DNA from: Flavobacteriales bacterium
Lineage (GTDB): Bacteria > Bacteroidota > Bacteroidia > M30B66
Reading direction: 5' to 3'
NCBI GenBank assembly: GCA_046294625.1
Contig: JBKBKN010000020.1
Location: forward strand, 1-64,000
DNA: 64,000 nt
The translations under genes and the position numbers were made by a program. The first letter of the stretch is position 1. Each line of letters begins with the position of its first letter. Under the pieces are notes generated by a model. The model saw only the letters and a list, made by a program, of their open reading frames with translations, was not told the DNA's origin and searched no databases. Below are positions 29,050 through 38,723 of this stretch, piece by piece.

Positions 29050-30477
29050 TTATTTTCCTCTTCCCTGTATAACAATGAGCAGGGTATAAATTAATATTTT
29101 GAGATCAAGCGCAAAGGTCATATTCTCGATATAAAGAATATCATACTTGAGTCGTTCGATCATTTCATTAATATTTTCAGCATATCCGAATTTAACTTGT
29201 CCCCAACCTGTGATTCCAGGTCGCACTTTGTGCAGCATTCGATAGTGCGGAGCAACGGCAACCAACTGATCGATATAGTATTGCCTCTCGGGTCTTGGTC
29301 CTACTAGCGACATATTTCCAATTAGTACATTATAAAACTGGGGTATTTCGTCAAGTCGAACTTTTCGCATAAACCTTCCGAAGGGTGTGATACGACTATC
29401 GTTTTGACTAGAAAGTTGAGGACCATTTTTTTCAGCGTCGCAATACATTGACCTAAACTTATACATCAGAAAAGGTTTTCCATTTAATCCAACTCTATAA
29501 TGACTATATAGTGCAGGCCCTTTTGAAGTACTTTTTACAATGATGGCGGTGATGATAAAAACAGGTAAAAGAATCAGTATGGCGCAAATGGAAACCATGA
29601 TATCAAATAATCGCTTTAGCGATCTTTGCCAGCGTGGCATGACAGCATGTGATATTTCAACCAATGGAGCGCTAAAAATCGCACTCATTTTTACCGAACC
29701 CAAAACTAAATCATATACACCCGGGATGATCTTAATAATAACGTTACTGATTTCCAGTTCAGCAATCATTTTCTCCAGATAACTATGCTCATTGACTTCA
29801 GGCGCCAGTATCACTTCTTCAATATCGTGTTGCTGAATAATGTGAATGACATCTTTAAATTCGCCTAACTTGGGTAGGATTCCATGTAGCTTGCCTTCGT
29901 CTATTCCATTAACAGGTACGTAACCCACAAATAAGTTTCCACTCGAAAGTTCCTGGTTTTCAATTTCCTGATAAATTTCTTTGGCTTTGCTGCCTGAACC
30001 AATGATGAGGGTATTGAATCCAACCGTTTTGTTTTGAATTCTTTTAGCATTGAATGTGCCAATCACCATTCGCTGCAGCGCTGTAATGCCAAAATGCAGA
30101 CTGAATAGTGCCAGATAGGAAATGTAATATTGACGGTAGTTGACTATGGAGTCGTCGAGAATCAGCAAAAAAAATAGTATAGTAACGCCGACCAAAGAAA
30201 TTATTAGTGTTTCGCCCAATATTCCCAGCCTTGAACGCCGATAAACATTGTAATAGGTGCCCAGCATTTGATAGGCAATGAGCCAAAAAATGGGAATAAT
30301 CACAAGACCCCAGTAAAACTGCTCATCAAGCACAATAGGAATTTCTGTTTGAAAAGTTTCGGTCTCGATAAATACTTTTCTAAAAACAAAAAACAAACCC
30401 CACGCCAATGAAGCAGAAAGGAAATCTGCTATGACCTGAATACCAGCTTGTTTCTTATCTCTTGCGATTGAACTCAA
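29050..30477 (-). CDS. Polyprenyl-phosphate glycosylphosphotransferase (bacterial sugar transferase, WbaP/WcaJ-like initiating enzyme)
   Basis: Five N-terminal TM helices and a central Rossmann-like domain. The conserved C-terminal sugar-transferase block is RLDEIPQFYNVLIGNMSLVGPRPE. Confidence 0.8.
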   Translation of the reverse strand: MSSIARDKKQAGIQVIADFLSASLAWGLFFVFRKVFIETETFQTEIPIVLDEQFYWGLVIIPIFWLIAYQMLGTYYNVYRRSRLGILGETLIISLVGVTILFFLLILDDSIVNYRQYYISYLALFSLHFGITALQRMVIGTFNAKRIQNKTVGFNTLIIGSGSKAKEIYQEIENQELSSGNLFVGYVPVNGIDEGKLHGILPKLGEFKDVIHIIQQHDIEEVILAPEVNEHSYLEKMIAELEISNVIIKIIPGVYDLVLGSVKMSAIFSAPLVEISHAVMPRWQRSLKRLFDIMVSICAILILLPVFIITAIIVKSTSKGPALYSHYRVGLNGKPFLMYKFRSMYCDAEKNGPQLSSQNDSRITPFGRFMRKVRLDEIPQFYNVLIGNMSLVGPRPERQYYIDQLVAVAPHYRMLHKVRPGITGWGQVKFGYAENINEMIERLKYDILYIENMTFALDLKILIYTLLIVIQGRGK

Positions 30478-31370
30478 TTGATGTACAGCACTTTTAAATT
30501 ATCAAGAAACAGCTCTAAAGGTGGATTTCCGGGTTCTTTCATTGCTCTGAAATACAAACGATAACCAATTGCATTAGGCGTCAAAGATACATTTTCCGTT
30601 AGGTTTACGTATACTTTATTCCATTCATTTGTTGGATTGAGTGTAAGTGAAGCTCTGGCAAAAGTATTCCCAGGCGCAAGAGTAACTAAACCTACATCAA
30701 GTAGACCGCTTACTTTGTAATCCATTTCGAGATAAACCGTTCTATTGTTTTTCGGAAGATCCATCACCACCGTTGATTGAAATGCCATCACTGAAGAGTC
30801 TCGTGTCAAAACGGATGTAGCAGAACCAAACCCTTCAAAAACCTGAGCCGGATTGTTGGTAACCCAAATGGATGTATCACTTGATGGCAAAGGCTCAAGG
30901 GTTATACCCGATGGATCATCAAAATTAGCCCTGTAGGCAAAATTCACATCCGGAAAATAGGTAACTCTCGGTTTAATTGTGGTAATGCTATCAGCTGTGA
31001 GTTGAACTTCTTCTGTGTAGAAATCATAAAAGGGAAACGGAAATCTCAATGCTGCAATGCCGTTGATCCTGATTCCTGCTCTGACAACTACTTTCGATTT
31101 GCCTTGTTGCAAAACCGGAACCAAACATGGAATTTCAAATGCTCCAATGGATTGGTCATTTACAAAAATCCAGGCATCTGAAATTTTATGAGATGTACTT
31201 CCCTGGGTAGCAGGAGTTGTAAATTTTTGAATACTGTCTATTCTGATGTATGCGGGAATAGGTTCGTCAGGATTAATCAAGTTGCATGAATGGAAAGTGG
31301 CCAAAACAGAAAAAATGATAGTTACGGCTATCAAGTATGCTTTCAACCTATGTCCATTCATATTTTGCAT
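30474..31370 (-). CDS. Hypothetical lipoprotein, translationally coupled to the sugar transferase
   Basis: Lipobox ATFHSCN and a 4-nt overlap with the downstream gene. I recognised no domain. Confidence 0.4.
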   Translation of the reverse strand: MQNMNGHRLKAYLIAVTIIFSVLATFHSCNLINPDEPIPAYIRIDSIQKFTTPATQGSTSHKISDAWIFVNDQSIGAFEIPCLVPVLQQGKSKVVVRAGIRINGIAALRFPFPFYDFYTEEVQLTADSITTIKPRVTYFPDVNFAYRANFDDPSGITLEPLPSSDTSIWVTNNPAQVFEGFGSATSVLTRDSSVMAFQSTVVMDLPKNNRTVYLEMDYKVSGLLDVGLVTLAPGNTFARASLTLNPTNEWNKVYVNLTENVSLTPNAIGYRLYFRAMKEPGNPPLELFLDNLKVLYIN

Positions 31371-31384
31371 TTGTTCTAACCTGT

Positions 31385-32371
31385 TTAAGCCATCAGGTTT
31401 GGCGACGTAGAGAGTTTATCGATAATTTTGTAAGCCACATCAAGGGCTTTGAGCCCATCTCCGGCAGTCACTTTTGGATCCTTATTCTCTGCAATTGCTT
31501 CCATAAAACTCGTCAGCTCATCTTTGATGGCATTGTTTGCATTCACTTTGGGATTTTCGAAGAAAATTTCTTTCAAACCTTTATCTCCACCTAGTTCCAC
31601 AGTAATGGATAAGGGGTCAGCTTCACCTTCTACCTGTTTCATCATCACCACATGGGCTTCTTTTTCCAGAAAATCGATCGAAATATACGCATCGCGCTGA
31701 AACAATCTTGTTTTTCTCATATTTTTTAACGAAAGTCGGCTCGAAGTGAGATTGGCAACGCAACCATTATCAAATTCAATACGCGCGTTTGCAATATCAG
31801 GTGTTTCGCTCACTACTGCCACACCACTTGCACTTATTTTGCGAATATTGGCTTTCACCACATTTAAAACAATATCGAGGTCGTGAATCATCAAATCCAA
31901 GATCACAGATACATCTGTTCCTCTTGGATTAAATTGCGCTAAACGATGAGTTTCGATAAACATCGGGTTGTGCACATATGGTAATGCAGCTGTAAAGGCA
32001 GGGTTGAATCGCTCTACATGGCCAATTTGAACCTTAGCCTTGATTTCTGATGCAAGTTGTTCTATTTCCTTTGCTTCATCAATGGTAGTTGCGATTGGCT
32101 TTTCGATGAATACATGTTTGCCTCTGCGAAGTGCCTTAGTTGCGTAGTAATGGTGGCTCAAGGTAGGTGTTACAATATCCACTGCATCGCATTCAATGAG
32201 CAATTCATTGAAATCGTTGAACGATTTGACACCAAATTCATTGGCAACGCTTTGAGACACTTTCTGGTCAATGTCGTGAAAGCCGATGAATTCACAATTC
32301 TCGATTTCCTTAAGCAACCGAATGTGAATTTTACCCAAATGACCTGCACCTACAACACCAATTTTTATCAT
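31385..32371 (-). CDS. Gfo/Idh/MocA-family NAD(P)-dependent oxidoreductase (sugar dehydrogenase-like)
   Basis: N-terminal Rossmann fold MIKIGVVGAGHLGKIHIRLL with the characteristic EKP motif (HVFIEKPIA). Confidence 0.75.
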   Translation of the reverse strand: MIKIGVVGAGHLGKIHIRLLKEIENCEFIGFHDIDQKVSQSVANEFGVKSFNDFNELLIECDAVDIVTPTLSHHYYATKALRRGKHVFIEKPIATTIDEAKEIEQLASEIKAKVQIGHVERFNPAFTAALPYVHNPMFIETHRLAQFNPRGTDVSVILDLMIHDLDIVLNVVKANIRKISASGVAVVSETPDIANARIEFDNGCVANLTSSRLSLKNMRKTRLFQRDAYISIDFLEKEAHVVMMKQVEGEADPLSITVELGGDKGLKEIFFENPKVNANNAIKDELTSFMEAIAENKDPKVTAGDGLKALDVAYKIIDKLSTSPNLMA

Positions 32372-32638
32372 CTTTTACTGATTTTGCTGCAAACCTAATG
32401 GAATTCAATTGATGCTATAGTTCAGGATAGAAAATTATCGGACACAGCTTTGTTGATAAACCATTCTGTTTATCATCAAGCTGCTTATTCATCGGCAGCT
32501 CAACTTCTTATCTTCTGATTTTGCTGCCGAAATAAGAAATTAACATTACTATGTGAAAGCATTTCTGAATGAATGTTTCACATAAGATTGCAATGCGCCG
32601 AAATTTGCTTGTTCAGTTTTAGCACCAATAGAAGAGAA

Positions 32639-33286
32639 ATGGAAGATTCATACAGATTTAAAGGCCTTAGAAGACACCTGATAGAAGAGTTGAGAAAGAA
32701 TTATAGTCCTTTGGATGAAAGAGTATTACAAGCCATGCTTGATGTTCCCCGACATTTTTTCTTTCCCGATAAGGTATTTTGGGAAAAAGCATATGAGAAT
32801 ATTGCTTTTCAGATAGGAGAAGGACAGACTATTTCTCATCCTTCTACAGTAGCCAGACAAAGTAGTTTGCTCATGGTACAGAAAGGTCATAAGGTATTGG
32901 AAATTGGAACGGGCAGCGGCTATCAGGCAGCAGTGCTGTTACAACTAGGTGTTAAGTTGTTTAGCATTGAACGTCAACATGCATTGTTTGTAAAAACCAA
33001 AGCCTTGTTAGAAAAACTAGGTTATAATGCCCGATTGAGTTTTGGCGATGGATATCTTGGATGGCCAATTCATGCTCCATTTGACAGAATCATTGTTACT
33101 GCGGGTGCGCCGTTTGTTCCACCATCGTTGATCGAGCAGTTAGTTGCAGGAGGTAAGATGGTGATTCCTGTGGGTGATGATGGAAAGTATATCATGCATG
33201 TGATTACTAAAAATGAAGATGGTAGTATTGAAAATGAGACTGTAGGCGATTTTCGTTTTGTTCCTCTTTTGGAGAACCGAAATTAG
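32639..33286 (+). CDS. pcm: Protein-L-isoaspartate O-methyltransferase
   Basis: ISHPSTVARQ and VLEIGTGSGYQAAVL SAM motifs. The start is reassigned to the ATG at 32639 (MEDSYRFKGLRRHL), giving a typical 215-aa Pcm. Confidence 0.85.
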   Translation: MEDSYRFKGLRRHLIEELRKNYSPLDERVLQAMLDVPRHFFFPDKVFWEKAYENIAFQIGEGQTISHPSTVARQSSLLMVQKGHKVLEIGTGSGYQAAVLLQLGVKLFSIERQHALFVKTKALLEKLGYNARLSFGDGYLGWPIHAPFDRIIVTAGAPFVPPSLIEQLVAGGKMVIPVGDDGKYIMHVITKNEDGSIENETVGDFRFVPLLENRN

Positions 33287-33299
33287 CCTTTTGAAAGTC

Positions 33300-33330
33300 C
33301 GGTGGTTGCAGTTGCGAGCCACTTTTTTTC
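33300..33330 (+). terminator. Rho-independent terminator after pcm
   Basis: GTGGTTGCAGTTGCGAGCCAC hairpin followed by TTTTTTT. Confidence 0.5.
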
Positions 33331-33359
33331 AATATTAGATTTGTTCACTTCAATCTGGC

Positions 33360-35051
33360 CTAATTCTTGATTAGCTTTATACTTTGTTTCTGTCCCATAA
33401 AATCAAGGGAGCCAATATATGCGCCCCGTGTTAGGTGGTTTGCCTGAATGGTTTGACGGAATGCTGAAGAAGCTTCTAATTGAAATTTTTCTGAAATCAC
33501 TTCCTGCCCAAGATAATTATACAGCCTGAAGGTTGCTATTCCACTCATTCCTGTGGGCTTATACTCTATGGAGAATGAATCTTTGAAAGGATTAGGGAAA
33601 ACGGTTGCTTCTACTACATCATCCGGGATGTCATTTCGGTCATGGAATGTTCTTCGCTGCATAGCTGCGCCACAATTGACATTGATTACCATAATTCCAT
33701 CCAAATCATATCCATCGGCAGAATTAGGAAAGAAGGTCATTGGAGAGCGATCGGTAACTCTAATAAAATGGATTGCTTTCATCCCGGCAAGGTCGAGTGT
33801 GCCATCAAGACATATGGTGCCAAGTGGTGTCCAATTAATGCCATCAAGTGAGCCTTCAAAATAGGCCTCTTCAGGATAGGTTTGGCAGTCAGGCGCGCCA
33901 AATGATGTTTCAACCACCATCAAATCATTACCTTCGAGATTAAAGACTGCATAGTCAAACTTAAGCGTTATGGAGCCATAAAATCCAAGTGCTACAAAGC
34001 TAATTCCCAAATCGTCCATGCTAGGTACGCCAAGTGCCATTTGTGGATTTGAGCGTGATGAATGCACCGGAGTGCCATTTTTTCTTCTGCCGGGTGAGTA
34101 ATTGACTATTCGTTGAGGACTTCCGGGAATCATGTTTGATGGGGTAGTGTTACCAGCATATCCATTTAAGCATGCCACACCTTCAAGGTCATACCCATCG
34201 GCTACTTCATTGTTGTAAGCTGCATTTAATGGACTAATATCAATGAGCTTTATGTATTGCGCCCATTCCAGACTTTGTAGATCAAATTCTGCATCCTGAC
34301 AACCTTCCCCCAGATAAACAAAGTTGCAGCCATCTTGTGAAGCAAAAGCCATGATACGCTCCGGATAACGCCCACAAGCGACATTGGCAGGTGTGTTTTC
34401 GAAAACCTTAATATCAGGCCCGGCACCATTTGAAATGGCTTGTTCAAATTTTAAAGTGATTTCGCCTCCAAAACCAAGTGAAACATATTTTTGAATGCTT
34501 TCATCTACCGGACCAAGCGCTTTTGATGGGTCGCTGAGTGAAAAAGGTATAATTGAGCCATCGTTTCGTTTGGTTTGTTTGAAATCAACTACTTCGCTTA
34601 CAAAGCAACCCGACACCGGACAAACATCTGTAATGGAAGTTCTCATCAGCTCCAACCACTCTCCATATTCATTTTGCCATCTTATTTGCAGTGGATTTAA
34701 TCCACGAATGGTATTGGTAACTAAAAAATTATTACCCGGACGAGCAATCATTAACCCGGATTGAGAATGTTGAAGAATTCGCCATTCAAAAGGGATATCT
34801 GTGTTATTTGGGTTGTAAATAATCCAACGGCGATTTACATTCGGGGTATTGGAGCAAATAGCTGTAATGTCGAGCGGCAATAAGTTACTGCCATCATCAT
34901 TTGCTCTTGAATCGCGATTATTGAAAAACAGAAAGGCAGACACCGCAACCAGCACTACTGCACCAACAATGATCAGACGCTGTTTGAGCAGTCTCTGTCT
35001 GAAATTTACCTTAACAACATTGCGAAGTCTGGAATTGTATTTGTTTCTCAT
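33360..35051 (-). CDS. T9SS type-A cargo protein with two copies of an unnamed ~130-aa domain (paralog 1)
   Basis: N-terminal signal/anchor segment. The internal duplication carries the motifs ALG-P, (V/F)(S/V)LGFGG(E/S)ITLKF, E(N/T)(T/S)FG...C-x-x-YPE, DG-x-N(F/W)...G and DGYDL(E/D)G. C-terminal T9SS domain (ATVFPNPFKDSFSIEY...GAYIGSL). Confidence 0.6.
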   Translation of the reverse strand: MRNKYNSRLRNVVKVNFRQRLLKQRLIIVGAVVLVAVSAFLFFNNRDSRANDDGSNLLPLDITAICSNTPNVNRRWIIYNPNNTDIPFEWRILQHSQSGLMIARPGNNFLVTNTIRGLNPLQIRWQNEYGEWLELMRTSITDVCPVSGCFVSEVVDFKQTKRNDGSIIPFSLSDPSKALGPVDESIQKYVSLGFGGEITLKFEQAISNGAGPDIKVFENTPANVACGRYPERIMAFASQDGCNFVYLGEGCQDAEFDLQSLEWAQYIKLIDISPLNAAYNNEVADGYDLEGVACLNGYAGNTTPSNMIPGSPQRIVNYSPGRRKNGTPVHSSRSNPQMALGVPSMDDLGISFVALGFYGSITLKFDYAVFNLEGNDLMVVETSFGAPDCQTYPEEAYFEGSLDGINWTPLGTICLDGTLDLAGMKAIHFIRVTDRSPMTFFPNSADGYDLDGIMVINVNCGAAMQRRTFHDRNDIPDDVVEATVFPNPFKDSFSIEYKPTGMSGIATFRLYNYLGQEVISEKFQLEASSAFRQTIQANHLTRGAYIGSLDFMGQKQSIKLIKN

Positions 35052-35162
35052 AAGCTGATTCTATGATCATCAAAGACGAGAGTTCTCTTAATTTAGTTAC
35101 ATTAATGAATGTGAATCCAGAACTGATCATTAAAATCATAGTGTAAGAAAGTAGAATAAACC

Positions 35163-35195
35163 AAAAAGCCTGCAGAATCATCTGCAGGCTTTTTG
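35163..35195 (-). terminator. Rho-independent terminator downstream of paralog 2 (bidirectional-looking hairpin)
   Basis: AAAAAGCCTGCAGA-atcatc-TCTGCAGGCTTTTTG: a 10-bp perfect stem with an A-tract upstream and a T-tract downstream. Confidence 0.6.
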
Positions 35196-35226
35196 TTGGA
35201 AAATATATTGTATCAAGCGCTTGTCA

Positions 35227-36873
35227 TTATTGCTTAATCAGCTTGTGCGTTTCGATGCTGTTATTACTTTCTACTCGGATAATGTAGATGCCTGCAGTCA
35301 GGTGAGAAAGTTCGATATTTTGTACGAATACTTCATTGTTTCCTGCATTCACAGTGTGCTTGCTCATTACTTGACCAGTGTAGGTCATCACGCTAATGTT
35401 GATTTGTCCTTCTGTCGTGTTAAGCATTTCTACATTTACATTGTTGATGAAAGGATTGGGGTAGATATTTACTCCGAAAGTTTCGTCAGCTGTCCACACA
35501 TCGTCAACAATTCTGTTTGAAGTTTCTTCGTTTACGCATCCTGCGTTAATAACTACTACACCGTCTACGTCGTAACCATCGGCTGTGCCACCAAATCTTG
35601 TTGCATTAGAGCGATCGTGTATTCTGATGTATTGTGCGAATTTCACACCGCCTGTTGCAAAGTCAACATTACCATCGAGGCAGATTTCGCCAATTTCAGT
35701 GAAGTTTACACCATCTAGTGAAGCTTCGATCAAAGCACCTTCAGGATATTGGTTACATGAAGGGTTGCCAAAAGATGTTTCAACGATTTGAAGATCATCA
35801 CCATCCTTGTCGAAAATAACGTAACCAAATTTTAAGGTAATGTTACCGCCAAATCCAAGTGATACGAAGTTAATGATATCAGAGAAATCAGGTGCTCCAA
35901 GTGCTTGAGCAGGGTTGCTACGGTTAGCTGCTACAGAAGTACCATTTTTGCGTAGGCCTTGGTTGAAGCTCACTACTTCAGTAGCATATTGGTTGCCAAA
36001 ATCTTGCATTACAGGGTTTTCTTCGAATCCATGCAAACAAGCGATACCGTCTACATCATATCCATCGGCTACACTATTGTTGTAAGCAGCGCCAACTGGA
36101 CTTGCATCAACTAAGCGGATATATTCTGCCCAGTTTAAAGGGCCAAGGTCAAATTCTGCATCCTGACATTTTTCACCAAGATAGATCCAGTTGCAGCCAT
36201 CTTGCGAAGCAAAAGCCTTCACACGCTCAGGGTAGCGGTTGCAATTTCCTGACATGCTGCCATAAGTTGTTTCAAATACTTTGAAGTCATTGCCTTCACC
36301 ATTTTTGATAGGACCAGCCATGCGCAAGGTGATTGACCCACCAAATCCAAGTGCTACAAAGTTTGCCTGAGATTCTGAAACTGCGGCATCGCTGTTTTGC
36401 GGAGCACCCAAAGCTCTTTCTGCAATTCTTCTGGCTGCAGGAATATCAGTTCCGTCGTTTCTTTTTGCTGGCTTGTAGTCAATTACCTGAATAGCATAGC
36501 ATCCTGGCAATGAAGGTGGATCAATAATTACGTCGTTGTCATTACTACCTTCATCATCATTACTTTGATCATCATTGATTTGATCGTCATTTTCTTGCGG
36601 AGGAGTAACACAAGGTCCTAAAGTTGCACCAGCTTGCATCATTCCATGCAATGCATTTTGATCAACAGTGAGCGTGTTACCATTTAAGCATACTACCAAA
36701 GGTGTGTGACCGTTTCCGCCGGAGTTGGGATTGTTTTGTCCATTACCTTGTCCGTTGCCTTGGCCTGGGCCTTGCGCCATGACGCTAAAAGTAAATAAAC
36801 ATATTATTAATATTAATGCTGAAGTAATTTTTGCTTTCATCATTTCTGTTTGGTTAAGTGTTAATGTTTTCAT
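35227..36873 (-). CDS. T9SS type-A cargo protein with the same duplicated ~130-aa domain (paralog 2)
   Basis: Signal peptide, then a GQGNGQGNGQ low-complexity region and an acidic DDQINDDQSNDDEGSNDND linker. Same motif set as paralog 1 (ALGFGGSITLRM / SLGFGGNITLKF; ETTYG...C-x-RYPE / ETSFG...C-x-QYPE; DGYDVDG twice). T9SS C-terminal domain (VNIYPNPFINNVNVEM...GIYIIRV). Confidence 0.6.
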   Translation of the reverse strand: MKTLTLNQTEMMKAKITSALILIICLFTFSVMAQGPGQGNGQGNGQNNPNSGGNGHTPLVVCLNGNTLTVDQNALHGMMQAGATLGPCVTPPQENDDQINDDQSNDDEGSNDNDVIIDPPSLPGCYAIQVIDYKPAKRNDGTDIPAARRIAERALGAPQNSDAAVSESQANFVALGFGGSITLRMAGPIKNGEGNDFKVFETTYGSMSGNCNRYPERVKAFASQDGCNWIYLGEKCQDAEFDLGPLNWAEYIRLVDASPVGAAYNNSVADGYDVDGIACLHGFEENPVMQDFGNQYATEVVSFNQGLRKNGTSVAANRSNPAQALGAPDFSDIINFVSLGFGGNITLKFGYVIFDKDGDDLQIVETSFGNPSCNQYPEGALIEASLDGVNFTEIGEICLDGNVDFATGGVKFAQYIRIHDRSNATRFGGTADGYDVDGVVVINAGCVNEETSNRIVDDVWTADETFGVNIYPNPFINNVNVEMLNTTEGQINISVMTYTGQVMSKHTVNAGNNEVFVQNIELSHLTAGIYIIRVESNNSIETHKLIKQ

Positions 36874-37180
36874 TTTTGTAAGATTAGGTTGTTGTTTTGC
36901 TATTTATTACTTGATTTTTATAAATCGGGTTACAATTTTGCATCAAAAAAATGTTTTGTAATCAGGTTTTACTATTGTATACACTTGATATACAGGTAAA
37001 TAAAATTTTATTTGGTTTTATTTATTCATAATACTCACGAAATCTTACATATGTTTTCGGGTGAAATTGTCTCTTTTGAAAGGCTGACTCATCAGTTTAA
37101 GATCTGCTGACCTTGATTCAAGATGTGATTGTTTGAAAAGCAATCAGTTAATAATGCTATTTTAGCGCCTTATTCAAGCA

Positions 37181-38701
37181 TTGAAACAATTTAATATTTA
37201 TAGAAACCGCCAAAGATGGAAGCTCCTGCTTTCGTTAGTTGCCGTATTTATTATTGCAATTTCACTGTATTATACCAATCAGTTGGTGAGCAAAATAGCT
37301 CAAGACGAAAGACAGAAGGTTGAACTTTGGGCAGATGCTGTGCGAAGTAGAGCTGTTTTGGTTAATTACACCGATGAATTGTTTAAGCGAATTAAAACAG
37401 AAGAGCGAAAGAGAGCCGAACTTTGGGCTCAGGCTATCAGAAATCTAAATACAACAGAAGACAATGATGCGCGAAACTACTATTTGAAAGTGGTTTCAGA
37501 GAATACCAACATTCCTGCATTAATTGTGGATCAGGATGGACGAATCAATTATCATTACAACGTAGAGACAGAACTTATTAAAGGTCACGAATATTTTAAA
37601 GGTAAGATAAAAGAAGCTTTTTCACAGCATTCTCCTATCGCAATTGATGATGGATTTTCCAATGTATTTTATATCTATTATCAAGATTCTAAGGTATTTT
37701 CTGAACTGAAGAATGTATTGGACGACATTATAAGGTCATTTATTTCGGAAGTGGTGATTAATTCAGCATCCGTTCCGGTTATTTTCACTGATAGTCTTCG
37801 ATCAAGAATAATCTCAAGCGGCAATCTTCATGAAGCAATTGGAAATGATACTGCTTCCATTCTCGCTTACACCAAGCAGATGGAATTGAATAACAAACCA
37901 TTGGAAGTAGAATTACCAGAAGTAGGTAAGTGTCAGATATTTTACGAAAATTCCTATTTGCTCACGCAGCTGAAGTATTACCCCATTGTTCAGTTTCTGG
38001 TGATAGGTTTGTTTATCATTATAGCCTATTTTCTTTTCAGTTTTTCGAGAAGAGCAGAACAGAATCAAGTTTGGGTGGGTATGTCAAAAGAGACTGCTCA
38101 TCAGCTTGGCACACCTTTGAGCGCACTTATGGCTTGGATAGAATTGCTCCGAATGAAAGGTGTGGATGAAGAATCGCTCGTGGAAATGAGCAAGGATATC
38201 AAACGTCTGGAAGTGGTCACAGAGCGATTTTCGAAAATTGGTTCCATTCCTGAGATTGAGAAGCATGATGTTTTTCAGGTTATTTCAGACTCCATTGCCT
38301 ACATCAAACCACGATCCTCATCAAAAATTCAATTTAATATTTTAGAGCCTTCTACTAAGATTTATGCACTGATGAATGTGCCCCTTTTTGACTGGGTAAT
38401 TGAAAATTTGGCAAGAAATGCCATCGATGCCATGGAAGGCCCCGGTACTATCGATATTGAAATCAATATACGCACCAATTGGGTGGTTGTGGATTTCAGC
38501 GATACGGGAAAAGGTATCCCTAAAGGCAAGCTAACCACGGTCTTTGAACCGGGATATACATCAAAAAAGCGTGGATGGGGTCTAGGACTTTCTCTAACCA
38601 AACGAATTATTGAAAATTACCACAAGGGAAAAATATTTGTGAAGAAAAGTGAGATTGGAAAAGGAACCACCTTCAGGATACTTTTGTTAAAAGCAGAATA
38701 A
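37181..38701 (+). CDS. Sensor histidine kinase (two TM helices, periplasmic sensor domain, HisKA + HATPase_c)
   Basis: TM1 (LLLSLVAVFIIAISLYY), a ~240-aa extracytoplasmic region, TM2, the H-box SKETAHQLGTPLSAL, N-box NLARNAIDA and G-boxes DTGKGIP / GWGLGL. Confidence 0.8.
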   Translation: MKQFNIYRNRQRWKLLLSLVAVFIIAISLYYTNQLVSKIAQDERQKVELWADAVRSRAVLVNYTDELFKRIKTEERKRAELWAQAIRNLNTTEDNDARNYYLKVVSENTNIPALIVDQDGRINYHYNVETELIKGHEYFKGKIKEAFSQHSPIAIDDGFSNVFYIYYQDSKVFSELKNVLDDIIRSFISEVVINSASVPVIFTDSLRSRIISSGNLHEAIGNDTASILAYTKQMELNNKPLEVELPEVGKCQIFYENSYLLTQLKYYPIVQFLVIGLFIIIAYFLFSFSRRAEQNQVWVGMSKETAHQLGTPLSALMAWIELLRMKGVDEESLVEMSKDIKRLEVVTERFSKIGSIPEIEKHDVFQVISDSIAYIKPRSSSKIQFNILEPSTKIYALMNVPLFDWVIENLARNAIDAMEGPGTIDIEINIRTNWVVVDFSDTGKGIPKGKLTTVFEPGYTSKKRGWGLGLSLTKRIIENYHKGKIFVKKSEIGKGTTFRILLLKAE

Positions 38702-38723
38702 ATTGTAATTACCTGTCACTTAA

